Shown here: one piece after another, positions 52,961 through 62,337 of the stretch | Layout of the letters: every line of letters begins with the position of its first letter | Numbering within the stretch: position 1 is the stretch's first letter | DNA from: an uncultured Marinoscillum sp. | GTDB taxonomy: Bacteria; Bacteroidota; Bacteroidia; Cytophagales; MED-G16 | Direction of reading: 5' to 3' | Assembly: GCA_964467915.1 (NCBI GenBank) | Contig: CAYXSW010000002.1 | Span: 50,403-114,402, forward strand | DNA: 64,000 nucleotides | The notes under the pieces: model-generated | What the model saw: only the letters and a program-made list of their open reading frames with translations | What the model was told of the DNA's origin: nothing | Database searches by the model: none | Program-made: the position numbers and the translations under genes

Positions 52961-54049
52961 ATGAATAATTCAAAATCCATATCTGTATTATTTGGTTTAA
53001 TTGTTGGAATAATTTCACTTTTAACAGCAGTTTTGCTGGGAGTAGTTGATTATGTTAAGCTACTTTCTGCAGGAATTATATCTACATTTTCCTCTACATT
53101 ATTGTTTGCTATAATTACTGAAAACCTATTCGATAAAAAAATAAGTGAGATATATAAATCTTTTGAAAAAATCAGAAATAAAGAATTTGAAAGAGTAGAG
53201 GTAGACAACACACTTCTCAGAAATATAAACCCCCTAAAAGGTATAAATGAGGAAATATATAATTATGCTAATTTAAAGCAATTAGAGATTGATGAATTAA
53301 AGAGATTAGAAGCCTTCAGGAGAGAATTCTTACAAGATGTATCTCACGAACTTAAAACTCCAATTTTTGCAGCACAAGGTTTTGTTCATACATTATTAGA
53401 CAATATTAAAGCAGATGAGGAAATTAGAAAAAATTTTTTAGGAAAGGCTGCAAAAAGTTTAGACTATCTGGATTTATTAGTCAAAGATTTATTAACAATT
53501 TCTCAGATGGAAAGTGGAGATATTAAAATGAAAATAGAAGCTTTTGATATTATTTCTTTAGTAAAAGAAACATCAGATCAGCTTGAGAGTATGGCTAAAA
53601 CTAGAGATATAAAGTTAATTACTGATTTTAATGAAAATAAAATTGTAACTGTTAAAGCTGACTACTATAGAATTTTTCAAGTTTTAAAGAATCTAATTAT
53701 AAATGCAATAAAATATTCTGATAAAAATTCTATAATTAAAATATCCTGTGAAAAAAGAAAGAAAGTTATTAATATTAAAGTCTTAGATGAGGGTAAAGGG
53801 ATACCTAAAAATCATAGGAAAAGGATCTTTGAAAGATTTTATAGAATTGATAAGAGTAGATCTAAGGAGAGAGGCGGTACTGGTCTTGGGTTAGCAATTG
53901 TAAAACATATCATCGAAGGTCACAAGACAAAAATTAAGTTAAAATCGAAAGTAAATAAAGGTTCTATATTTTCATTTAATTTAAAACTTGCCCCAAAAAG
54001 CATTAAGAAAAGAAAATCATTGAAAAAAGTTCTAAAAAAAATAAGGTAA
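52961..54049 (+). CDS. Sensor histidine kinase (PhoR-like)
   Basis: Two N-terminal TMs, DVSHELKTP (H box), NLIINAIKYS (N), DEGKGI (G1), FERFYRIDKSRS (F), GGTGLGLAIVKH (G2). Confidence 0.96.
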   Translation: MNNSKSISVLFGLIVGIISLLTAVLLGVVDYVKLLSAGIISTFSSTLLFAIITENLFDKKISEIYKSFEKIRNKEFERVEVDNTLLRNINPLKGINEEIYNYANLKQLEIDELKRLEAFRREFLQDVSHELKTPIFAAQGFVHTLLDNIKADEEIRKNFLGKAAKSLDYLDLLVKDLLTISQMESGDIKMKIEAFDIISLVKETSDQLESMAKTRDIKLITDFNENKIVTVKADYYRIFQVLKNLIINAIKYSDKNSIIKISCEKRKKVINIKVLDEGKGIPKNHRKRIFERFYRIDKSRSKERGGTGLGLAIVKHIIEGHKTKIKLKSKVNKGSIFSFNLKLAPKSIKKRKSLKKVLKKIR

Positions 54050-54100
54050 AAATGACATAATATTTACCTGATATCTGTTGTTTTTATTTATTAATAAATC

Positions 54101-54108
54101 TATTTTTG
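54101..54108 (+). promoter_or_regulatory. Sigma-A promoter of rplM-rpsI-rpsB-tsf
   Basis: TATTTTTG with a TTG 20 nt upstream (54078-54080) as -33 element. Confidence 0.65.
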
Positions 54109-54126
54109 CTCACTTTTTAGAAACTA

Positions 54127-54573
54127 ATGGATTCAAACAGTTATAAAACAAAGTACTTAAATAAAGAGTCAATTCAGAAGAATTGGTACGTTGTTGATGC
54201 TAATGGTAAAACTTTGGGAAGATTCTCTTCTGAAGTAGCTAAAATACTTAGAGGAAAAAATAAAGCATCTTTCACTCCTCATATGGATTGTGGTGATTAC
54301 ATAATTGTTATCAATTCTGATGGTATCAAATTAACTGGAAAGAAGTGGAAGGAAAAAAAATATGTTTCTCATAGTGGGTATCCAGGAGGTCAAAAAATCA
54401 CTAACCCTCTGGAGATAAAAGAAAAAAAATCTTCAATATTTATAATAGAGAAAGCTGTTAAAGGCATGTTGCCAAAAAATAGATTAGGCAGAGAGTTATT
54501 TAGAAATTTATTTGTTTATGAAGATGGTACCCATCCACATGAAGGTCAAAAACCAAAAGAAATTAAGATATAA
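54127..54573 (+). CDS. rplM: 50S ribosomal protein L13
   Basis: WYVVDA.GKTLGR, FTPHMDCGD, HSGYPGG, AVKGMLPKNRLGR. Confidence 0.99.
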   Translation: MDSNSYKTKYLNKESIQKNWYVVDANGKTLGRFSSEVAKILRGKNKASFTPHMDCGDYIIVINSDGIKLTGKKWKEKKYVSHSGYPGGQKITNPLEIKEKKSSIFIIEKAVKGMLPKNRLGRELFRNLFVYEDGTHPHEGQKPKEIKI

Positions 54574-54574
54574 T

Positions 54575-54961
54575 ATGGATTATATAAGCACTGTAGGAAG
54601 AAGAAAGACATCTGTTGCTAGATTATACATGAAAACTGGAAAAGGTTCTTTTACTATAAACGGAAAAAATTTAGATAAATACTTTTCTTCAGAGCTTTTA
54701 AGACTTATTGTTGAACAGCCTCTAAAACTTGTAGATGCACTAAAAAACTTTGACTTTAAAGTAAATGTTCATGGAGGTGGTTTTAAAGGTCAGGCTGAAG
54801 CGGTAAGGCTTGCTGTAGCAAGAGCTTTAGTTAAGAATGATGAAGAGATTAGAGGTGTTCTTAAGAAAGAAGGATTCTTAACTAGGGATCCAAGGATGGT
54901 TGAAAGAAAGAAATATGGTAGAAGAAAAGCAAGGAGAGCATTCCAATGGGTTAAGAGATAA
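54575..54961 (+). CDS. rpsI: 30S ribosomal protein S9
   Basis: GRRKTSVAR, GGGFKGQAEA, LTRDPRMVERKKYGRRKAR; start moved to ATG 54575. Confidence 0.98.
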   Translation: MDYISTVGRRKTSVARLYMKTGKGSFTINGKNLDKYFSSELLRLIVEQPLKLVDALKNFDFKVNVHGGGFKGQAEAVRLAVARALVKNDEEIRGVLKKEGFLTRDPRMVERKKYGRRKARRAFQWVKR

Positions 54962-54967
54962 TATATT

Positions 54968-55777
54968 ATGATAAAAAAATTAGAACATAAGGATTTATTG
55001 AAAGCTGGTGTACATTTTGGTCATCTAACAAGGAAGTGGAATCCAAAAATGTCAGAATACATTTTTATGGAAAATAATGGTATTCATATAATTGATCTAC
55101 ATAAAACAATTGATTGTGCATACACCGCAGCAGCATCTCTTCAAAATATTGCTAAATCAGGAAGAAAAATCATGTTTGTAGCTACTAAGAAACAAGCCAA
55201 GACTTATGTCTCTGAAAAAGCAAAAGAATTAAATATGCCTTATGTCACAGAGAGATGGTTAGGTGGAATGTTAACTAATTTTTCAACTATAAGGAAATCT
55301 TTAAAAAAATTATCTTCTATAGATAATATGCAAAATCAAGATACTTATACTCAAGACTTTTCTAAAAAGGAAAGACTGATGATATCTAGAGACAAGGATA
55401 AATTAGAAAAAGCTCTTGGTGGAATTTCTACATTAAATAGAATTCCTGCTGCTTTATTCGTAGTTGATATCAAGCATGAAGAAATAGCAATTAAAGAAGC
55501 TAAAAAGTTGAATATTCCAATTTACGGTATGGTTGATACAAATTCAGATCCTAACCAGATAGATTTTGAAATTCCATCAAACGATGATTCATTTACTTCT
55601 GTTTCAATAATTATTGACTACATTTCGGAGTCTATTGCTGAAGGATTAAAAGAAAGAGAGAAAATAAAAGAAGAAATTAGAATTAAACAAGAGAAAGAGG
55701 CATCAGAGAGAGAAGCTAAAGAAAAAAAAGAGGCTGAGAAGAAGGCAAAGGAATCAAAAAAAGAGGTAACTAAATAA
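54968..55777 (+). CDS. rpsB: 30S ribosomal protein S2
   Basis: LLKAGVHFGH...WNPKM, RWLGGMLTN, VDTNSDP, PSNDD. Confidence 0.99.
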   Translation: MIKKLEHKDLLKAGVHFGHLTRKWNPKMSEYIFMENNGIHIIDLHKTIDCAYTAAASLQNIAKSGRKIMFVATKKQAKTYVSEKAKELNMPYVTERWLGGMLTNFSTIRKSLKKLSSIDNMQNQDTYTQDFSKKERLMISRDKDKLEKALGGISTLNRIPAALFVVDIKHEEIAIKEAKKLNIPIYGMVDTNSDPNQIDFEIPSNDDSFTSVSIIIDYISESIAEGLKEREKIKEEIRIKQEKEASEREAKEKKEAEKKAKESKKEVTK

Positions 55778-55790
55778 ATTTTCAAATATT

Positions 55791-56627
55791 ATGTCAGTAA
55801 ATATTTCTGCAAAAGAAGTAAATGAACTTAGGCAAAAGACTGGTTCAGGTATGATGGATTGTAAAAAAGCTTTAGTTGAAGCTGGAGGCGATTTTGATAA
55901 AGCTATCGATATCTTAAGAAAGAAAGGTCAGAAGGTGTCTGCAGCAAGATCAAATAGAGAAACATCTGAAGGAGTAGTTATATATAAGATTAGTCCAAAT
56001 GAGGACAAAGCATCTATTCTTTCATTTACATGTGAGACTGATTTTGTTGCTAAAAATGAAGAATTTCAAGGTTTAGCTGAAAAAATCCTAGAAATTGCCT
56101 TTGATAATAATATGACTTCGATAAAAGATATTTTAAATTCAGATCTTGAGTCTACATCTGTTGATCAAAATATTGTTAATCTTATTGGTAAGATAGGAGA
56201 GAAGATAGAGATTAGAGACTATCAGACACTAAGTGGTGAGAAACTAGTCCCTTACATACACGCAGGAGATAAATTAGGAGTATTGGTATCTTTAGTTAAT
56301 ACAAATTCTGTTGATTATGTAGCAGCAGGAAAAGATGTGGCAATGCAGATAGCAGCAATGAATCCTATTGCGCTTAATAAGGACGGAGTGGATCATTCTG
56401 TTGTTGAAAAAGAAATAGAAATTGGTAAAGAACAGGCCCTTAAAGAAGGAAAGCCAGAAAATATTATTGAAAAAATAGCTCAAGGTAAATTACAAAAATT
56501 TTTCAAGGATAATACACTTTTAAGTCAACCTTTTGTTAAAGACAGTTCACTCACTGTAGAAAAATATTTAAGTTCATATTCAGTTGATTTGACAGTGGAT
56601 AAATTTGTCAGAGTTTCAATCGGATAA
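55791..56627 (+). CDS. tsf: Elongation factor Ts
   Basis: LRQKTGSGMMDCKKAL, CETDFVA, MQIAAMNP. Confidence 0.99.
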   Translation: MSVNISAKEVNELRQKTGSGMMDCKKALVEAGGDFDKAIDILRKKGQKVSAARSNRETSEGVVIYKISPNEDKASILSFTCETDFVAKNEEFQGLAEKILEIAFDNNMTSIKDILNSDLESTSVDQNIVNLIGKIGEKIEIRDYQTLSGEKLVPYIHAGDKLGVLVSLVNTNSVDYVAAGKDVAMQIAAMNPIALNKDGVDHSVVEKEIEIGKEQALKEGKPENIIEKIAQGKLQKFFKDNTLLSQPFVKDSSLTVEKYLSSYSVDLTVDKFVRVSIG

Positions 56628-56630
56628 ATA

Positions 56631-57920
56631 TCATTTATTCATAATATCTTCAATTTCATCAGGTAAAATTGGAATATTTTCCATTAAGTTAATATTGTTA
56701 TTATCTCCTACAAGAATATTATCTTCTAGCCTTACACCTATATTTTCTTCTCTGATATAAATACCTGGCTCAACAGTAAATACATTTCCCGGCCTTAGGT
56801 CAACATAAAAGTCTCCTACATCGTGTACGTCTAAGCCTAAATGATGCGAAGTTCCATGCATAAAGTATTTTTTAAAAAGTGGATTTTTTGGATCTTGATT
56901 TTTAACATCAACTTTATCTATAAGTTTAATTTCAATTAACTCACTTTCCATTATTTTACCGACTTCTTTATGGTAATCATTGATTGATATGCCTGGCCTC
57001 AATATATTAGTTGCCTTATTTTTAACATTAATAACGGCATTATATATTTCTAGCTGTCTTTTTGTGAATTTTCCATTAACAGGTATAGTTCTTGTCATAT
57101 CTGACTTATAATTAGCGTACTCAGCAGCAACATCCATAAGAATTAATTCTCCTGATTTACATTGAGTTTTATTTTCATTGTAGTGAAGAGAACAAGCATT
57201 TATTCCAGTTGCAATTATTGGATGGTAGGCGAATCCTTTTGACCTATTTTTTATAAATTCATGTATAAATTCTGCCTCGATATCAAATTCCCAAATATCA
57301 GGTTTTACATATTCTAAAATTCTTCTAAAACCTTTCTCTGTTATATCACATGCCCTCTGAATTAAATTTATTTCAGTTTTATCTTTTACCATTCTAAGGT
57401 CACTTAGAATAGGGTATGACCTTTTGATTTTATAGGACGAGTATCTTTTTTCTATTTCAAGGATAAATCTGTCTTGAGGAGTTTGAATTTTTGTACTTGA
57501 CCTAATATGTTCATTCTTATCTAAATATATATCATTAGATTCAGCTAATATTAAATTGAGAATATTCTCAAAATTGCTATTCCACATTACTGTTTTTATT
57601 CCTGAGATTTCTTTAGCTTCTTTTTTTGTCAATTTGTTTCCTTCCCAAATAGATATTTCTTCACTTGTCTCTTTGATAAAAAGTATTTCCCTCATTTTTT
57701 TATCAGGAAAATTTGGAGCTAAAATCAAAAAAGTTTCTTCTTGATCGATACCTGTGAGATAGAGTAGATTTGTGCTCTGAACAAAATGTAGAGTCTCGTC
57801 AGCATTTGTTGGCATGAACTCATTAGAAACAAAAACTGATGCAGAATTTTGATTTACCTTATCTAAATAATTTTTTCTATTATTTATGTAAAGATTATTA
57901 TCAATTTTTTCGTAACGCAT
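56631..57920 (-). CDS. pepP: Xaa-Pro aminopeptidase (M24B)
   Basis: LMDVAAEY..Y.SD.TR, HGTSHHLGLDVHD, TVEPGIY, GVRLED. Confidence 0.93.
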   Translation of the reverse strand: MRYEKIDNNLYINNRKNYLDKVNQNSASVFVSNEFMPTNADETLHFVQSTNLLYLTGIDQEETFLILAPNFPDKKMREILFIKETSEEISIWEGNKLTKKEAKEISGIKTVMWNSNFENILNLILAESNDIYLDKNEHIRSSTKIQTPQDRFILEIEKRYSSYKIKRSYPILSDLRMVKDKTEINLIQRACDITEKGFRRILEYVKPDIWEFDIEAEFIHEFIKNRSKGFAYHPIIATGINACSLHYNENKTQCKSGELILMDVAAEYANYKSDMTRTIPVNGKFTKRQLEIYNAVINVKNKATNILRPGISINDYHKEVGKIMESELIEIKLIDKVDVKNQDPKNPLFKKYFMHGTSHHLGLDVHDVGDFYVDLRPGNVFTVEPGIYIREENIGVRLEDNILVGDNNNINLMENIPILPDEIEDIMNK

Positions 57921-57979
57921 ATATTATATTTTTCTTCTAAAGATACATTAATTGTTAATAAATTTTTAATTTGCCTCAT

Positions 57980-58630
57980 ATGGATTTAGTAGATGAGAAT
58001 ATTGAAAATTATGTAGTATCCTTATCAGACTCAGAGACGCCTCTCTTAAAGGAAATTAGTGAGTATACTCAAAAATATGTTCACCAGCCAAGAATGTTAT
58101 CAGGCCATTTACAGGGAAGAATATTAAGTTTTATGTCAAAAATAATAGCACCAAAAAATATTCTAGAAATAGGAACCTACACAGGCTATTCTGCCCTTTG
58201 TTTAGCTGAAGGCCTACAGGAAGATGGAGTGCTAATCACAATTGATAAAGACAAAGGGTTATATGAAAAGGTAAGCTCTTTCTTTAAAAAGTCAGAGTTA
58301 GGAAAAAACATAAAACAGAAAGTTGGGATTGCATTAGATGTTATCCCAACTCTTGACTTAAAGTATGACCTTGTCTTTATAGATGCAGATAAGAAAAATT
58401 ATAAAAATTATTTTGACATGGTAATACCTATGTTAAATAAACGAGGTGTTATAATAGTTGATAATGTTTTATGGAGTGGAAAAGTCACCCAACTTGATAA
58501 GTATCAAAATGATAAAATAGCCGTATATATGAATGAATTTAACAATTACATAAAAAATAATAAATATATATCTAAGCTTATATTACCAATTAGAGATGGA
58601 TTAACTCTAATAACAAAAAATGGGAACTAG
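57980..58630 (+). CDS. SAM-dependent O-methyltransferase (Methyltransf_3)
   Basis: MLSGHLQG, LEIGTYTGYSA, FIDADK, DNVLWSG, PIRDGL; ATG 57980 preferred over TTG 57971. Confidence 0.92.
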   Translation: MDLVDENIENYVVSLSDSETPLLKEISEYTQKYVHQPRMLSGHLQGRILSFMSKIIAPKNILEIGTYTGYSALCLAEGLQEDGVLITIDKDKGLYEKVSSFFKKSELGKNIKQKVGIALDVIPTLDLKYDLVFIDADKKNYKNYFDMVIPMLNKRGVIIVDNVLWSGKVTQLDKYQNDKIAVYMNEFNNYIKNNKYISKLILPIRDGLTLITKNGN

Positions 58631-59864
58631 GACAAATAAGTTTTTTCTTTTATTTTTTTCGATAACTTTTAATGCTATCTCACAACCATCACCAAAAGTT
58701 CCAGAAAAAATTAGAATTGATAATATGGTTCTTCATATATCAGATAATATTTCTACTACATTACAAAGTGAAGTAGATGCACTTCACCTTAACAAGAAAT
58801 ATTTTCAAATATTTATAGATAGGATTAACATATATTTCCCGATAATAGAAAGAATTTTAGAGGAAGAAGAGATGCCTAATGATTTAAAATTTTTAGCTCT
58901 TCAAGAAAGTGCATTAATTTCAGAGGCAGTATCTGCATCTAATGCAGTTGGTTTTTGGCAATTTAAGAAGGATACTGGTGAGGATTATGGTCTTATAATT
59001 AATGATAAAATAGATGAAAGAAAAAACATTGTATCATCTACAAGGGCTGCTTCAAGATATATTAAGAATAGCAACTTTTTATTTGAGAATTGGGTTTTCT
59101 CTATACTCTCTCACTTAAAAGGCTTAAATGGTGCTAAGGCTATAGTTGACCCTAAGCTTTATGGGGCAAAGAGGATGAACATAGATGAGAACACACATTG
59201 GTATATTATAAGATTCCTTGCACATAAAATTGCTTTCGAAGGTTATATAAATTCTGATGAATACAACATGAGTTACTCAGTATTTGAAAATAATTCTTTT
59301 AAAAGTGTAAAAAAATTATCAAATAACTTATCAGTAAGTTCTGATGATGTTTTTAAATTAAACACGTGGATCAAATCAGATAAAATTCCTACAGATAGAG
59401 TATATAGTTTTATAATACCTGAAAAAAAAGAAAATGTATTTACACGAGTAAGTTCAGGTGTAGGTGATAAAATTAATTCATTTATTGAATCAAATTTCAC
59501 TTCTCCTGTAGATGAAAAGGTTTTGAAAGTATTATCTCAAAAAATAATTCATCTTAATGGGCTTCCAGCTCTTATTGCAGATTCACTTGATAACATTGAT
59601 AATGTAATTAGTCTTTATAATATATCTAAGAAAAAATTTTTAAGTTATAATGATATTAATAATGATCATAAGATGATAAAAGGATTACCTTATTATCTTT
59701 CAAAAAAAAGAAAAAGAGGGAGAGTTCAGTTATATCTAAGACGGGAAGATGAAAGTTTATGGGAAATTTCTCAGCTATTTGGAGTAGAACTAAGTAGCAT
59801 AAAAAAATTTAATAAAGAAAATAAAACATCTAAAATTTTATTAAAAAGGAGGTCTATTCTTTGA
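58620..59864 (+). CDS. Lytic transglycosylase (SLT/MltD-like) with degenerate LysM-like repeats
   Basis: Signal peptide; ALQES (catalytic Glu), AVGFWQF, DERKNI..ST..A.RY; C-terminal ESLWEISQLFGVEL. Confidence 0.85.
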   Translation: MGTRTNKFFLLFFSITFNAISQPSPKVPEKIRIDNMVLHISDNISTTLQSEVDALHLNKKYFQIFIDRINIYFPIIERILEEEEMPNDLKFLALQESALISEAVSASNAVGFWQFKKDTGEDYGLIINDKIDERKNIVSSTRAASRYIKNSNFLFENWVFSILSHLKGLNGAKAIVDPKLYGAKRMNIDENTHWYIIRFLAHKIAFEGYINSDEYNMSYSVFENNSFKSVKKLSNNLSVSSDDVFKLNTWIKSDKIPTDRVYSFIIPEKKENVFTRVSSGVGDKINSFIESNFTSPVDEKVLKVLSQKIIHLNGLPALIADSLDNIDNVISLYNISKKKFLSYNDINNDHKMIKGLPYYLSKKRKRGRVQLYLRREDESLWEISQLFGVELSSIKKFNKENKTSKILLKRRSIL

Positions 59865-61050
59865 TAATTTTTTCAACTATTTTTCCGTCATTTTTATTTT
59901 TTAAAATTAATTTTTTATCCCCGTAATGTGTTACTTCTTCCTTTACTAAATAATACTTCTCATTATATTCTTCTAAAGTATTGATTTTTTTAACACCTTC
60001 TCTTCCTCTCCATATATCTAAATTTATTTTTTCCCACTTCTTACTTTTAATAGATTTATATGATGCGTCAATTATTGCGTTTACTATATATCCATCGTAA
60101 AATGTTTCTGAAGGACTCTCTCCTTTTTCTAACGCGTCAAACATATTTGCAAACATATGATTATATCCAAGCTCATTTAACTCATCTCCAACTGGAAAAA
60201 TCCATCCAGAATCAGATTCGGCTTTCTCTGCTACATAGTCACTTCCTTTACCAGTTGTAAACATTTCAAATCCTGTTCTTAAAAAGGAATTTACCCAAAT
60301 AGTTCCTTCAGTTCCCATGACCTCGTCTCTCAAATCTAGGCCTCCTCTAAAAGTCCAACTAACTTCAAATTGACCTATGGCTCCGTTTTCATATTTTACC
60401 AATCCTATTGCGTGATCTTCTGCATCTATGGGTTTCACTTGAGTATCACCCCAACACATTACTTCAACTGGTTTAATATCTTTTCCAATATAGTTTCTGC
60501 TTATTTCAATACAATGACAACCTAAATCTAAAATACAACCTCCTCCGGCTTGTTCTTTATCCCAAAACCATTCACTGTGAGGTCCAGGATGAGTCTCTCT
60601 TGATTTTGTCCAAATAATTTCACCAAGACTTCCTGTCTTGACACTATCTAAAGCTTTAAGAAATTTAGGGGTATAGCAAAGATCCTCTAAGTATCCGGCA
60701 AATATCCCAGCTTTTTCAACTGCCTCCACCATTCTCTTAGCTTCTTGTGCAGTTCTTCCTAATGGCTTTGTGCAAATAACTGCTTTATTGTGTTTACAAC
60801 ATAGATGAACAGCTTCTTCGTGAAGATTATTTGGAAGCGATACACAAACAACATCAACATCTTTGTGTGATATAGATTCTTCCATATCGATAGTCCAATG
60901 AGGGACACTATAATCTTTTGCAAATTTTTTTGCACTTTCTTCTCTTCGAGAATAAATAGAAACTACTCGGTCTTTATTTCTATAACCATGTAGTGAGTCA
61001 GTATAAAACCTACCAATAAAACCAGATCCTAACATTGAAATTTTTTGCAT
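59854..61050 (-). CDS. Gfo/Idh/MocA family oxidoreductase (cytoplasmic)
   Basis: MLGSGFIG Rossmann motif, VSLPNNLH, CTKPL, GGGCILDLGCH. Confidence 0.93.
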   Translation of the reverse strand: MQKISMLGSGFIGRFYTDSLHGYRNKDRVVSIYSRREESAKKFAKDYSVPHWTIDMEESISHKDVDVVCVSLPNNLHEEAVHLCCKHNKAVICTKPLGRTAQEAKRMVEAVEKAGIFAGYLEDLCYTPKFLKALDSVKTGSLGEIIWTKSRETHPGPHSEWFWDKEQAGGGCILDLGCHCIEISRNYIGKDIKPVEVMCWGDTQVKPIDAEDHAIGLVKYENGAIGQFEVSWTFRGGLDLRDEVMGTEGTIWVNSFLRTGFEMFTTGKGSDYVAEKAESDSGWIFPVGDELNELGYNHMFANMFDALEKGESPSETFYDGYIVNAIIDASYKSIKSKKWEKINLDIWRGREGVKKINTLEEYNEKYYLVKEEVTHYGDKKLILKNKNDGKIVEKIIKE

Positions 61051-61056
61051 AATTAT

Positions 61057-62229
61057 TTAATTTTTTTCTTTAAAAAATACAATTAAAAATAATAATACCG
61101 CTCCTGAGATGTAAGCTGGAACCATCCAAATATCTCCCCAATTTTTTATTGTCTCAATAGTGTTACTATCAGTAATTATACCTGAAAACCAAGAACCAAT
61201 AGTCATTCCTATTCCATATGTTGCAACGGTAAATAAACCTTGAGCAGCATTTTTAATTTTTTCTCCAGCTTTATTTTCAGTGTACATATATCCAGTTACA
61301 AAAAAGAAATCATAGCAAATTCCATGAAGAAGAATTCCTGAAATTATCATCCAGTATGATGCCTCTAAATCTCCATTTGCAAAAAAGAAAAATCTTAATG
61401 CCCAAGCTGCTATACCAATAATGAGAATATTTTTTACACCTAATCTATAATATAGAAAAGGAATCAAAAGAATAAATATTGCTTCAGAAATTTGACCGTA
61501 TATCATCTTGCCAGCTGCTCCCTCCATACCTAAATCATTTAAGAACACATTGGCAAAAGAATAATAGAAGGATAAAGGAATGCAAATTAATATTGCAGAT
61601 ATAAAGAAAATAAGATATGATTTATCTTTAAGTAGAACTAGGCCTTCTAAACCTAATGGTGAGCCATCAGTTTTACCTTTTGGAGGAACATTAGGAAGAG
61701 AAAAAGAAAAAACCCCTAGTAGTATAGAGGCTCCTGCGGCAAGATAGAAAGTGTATGCAATGCTTCCAATATTATTTTCTAGTTGAAGCTTCCCAATTAT
61801 GAATCCAGCAACAATCCAACCAAATGTACCAAAAAATCTAATTACTGGAAAAGTCTTTCCGGAATCACTTACATTGGCAAAAACTATATTGTTAGATAGT
61901 GCAACGGTAGGCATATACATTAAGGAGTAGACCAAGACAGTACCAATAAATAGAATGGAAGATGATACATGAGTAGCATATATTAAAAGAAATCCTCCAA
62001 TTATATGAAGTGCACCCATAGCCTTCTGTGCAGAAAAATACCTGTCAGCAACTGAGCCAACAAAAATTGGTGATAAAATTGCTGCAAATGCAAAAACACT
62101 ATAAGCCCAACCTATTTCTTCTCCAGATGAATTTAAAATTTGTGCCATGTATGTTCCAGCGGTAACATACCATGCTCCCCAAATGAAATATTGGAGGAAC
62201 ATCATTGATGAAAGTTTAAAGTTTTTCAT
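61057..62229 (-). CDS. MFS transporter, nucleoside:H+ symporter (NupG-like) family
   Basis: MMFLQYFIWGAW, GSVADRYFS, IRFFGTFGW, GQISE, LHGICYDFFF, AQGLF. Confidence 0.9.
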   Translation of the reverse strand: MKNFKLSSMMFLQYFIWGAWYVTAGTYMAQILNSSGEEIGWAYSVFAFAAILSPIFVGSVADRYFSAQKAMGALHIIGGFLLIYATHVSSSILFIGTVLVYSLMYMPTVALSNNIVFANVSDSGKTFPVIRFFGTFGWIVAGFIIGKLQLENNIGSIAYTFYLAAGASILLGVFSFSLPNVPPKGKTDGSPLGLEGLVLLKDKSYLIFFISAILICIPLSFYYSFANVFLNDLGMEGAAGKMIYGQISEAIFILLIPFLYYRLGVKNILIIGIAAWALRFFFFANGDLEASYWMIISGILLHGICYDFFFVTGYMYTENKAGEKIKNAAQGLFTVATYGIGMTIGSWFSGIITDSNTIETIKNWGDIWMVPAYISGAVLLFLIVFFKEKN

Positions 62230-62337
62230 ATTTAGTTTGGTTAATTAGTGTCAACTATTATTAAGTTAAAAAAAAAATTTTTAAATTAAAGTGATTTTAT
62301 ATCAATATTAACCGACTAACCTTTTTAACTGATTCAT

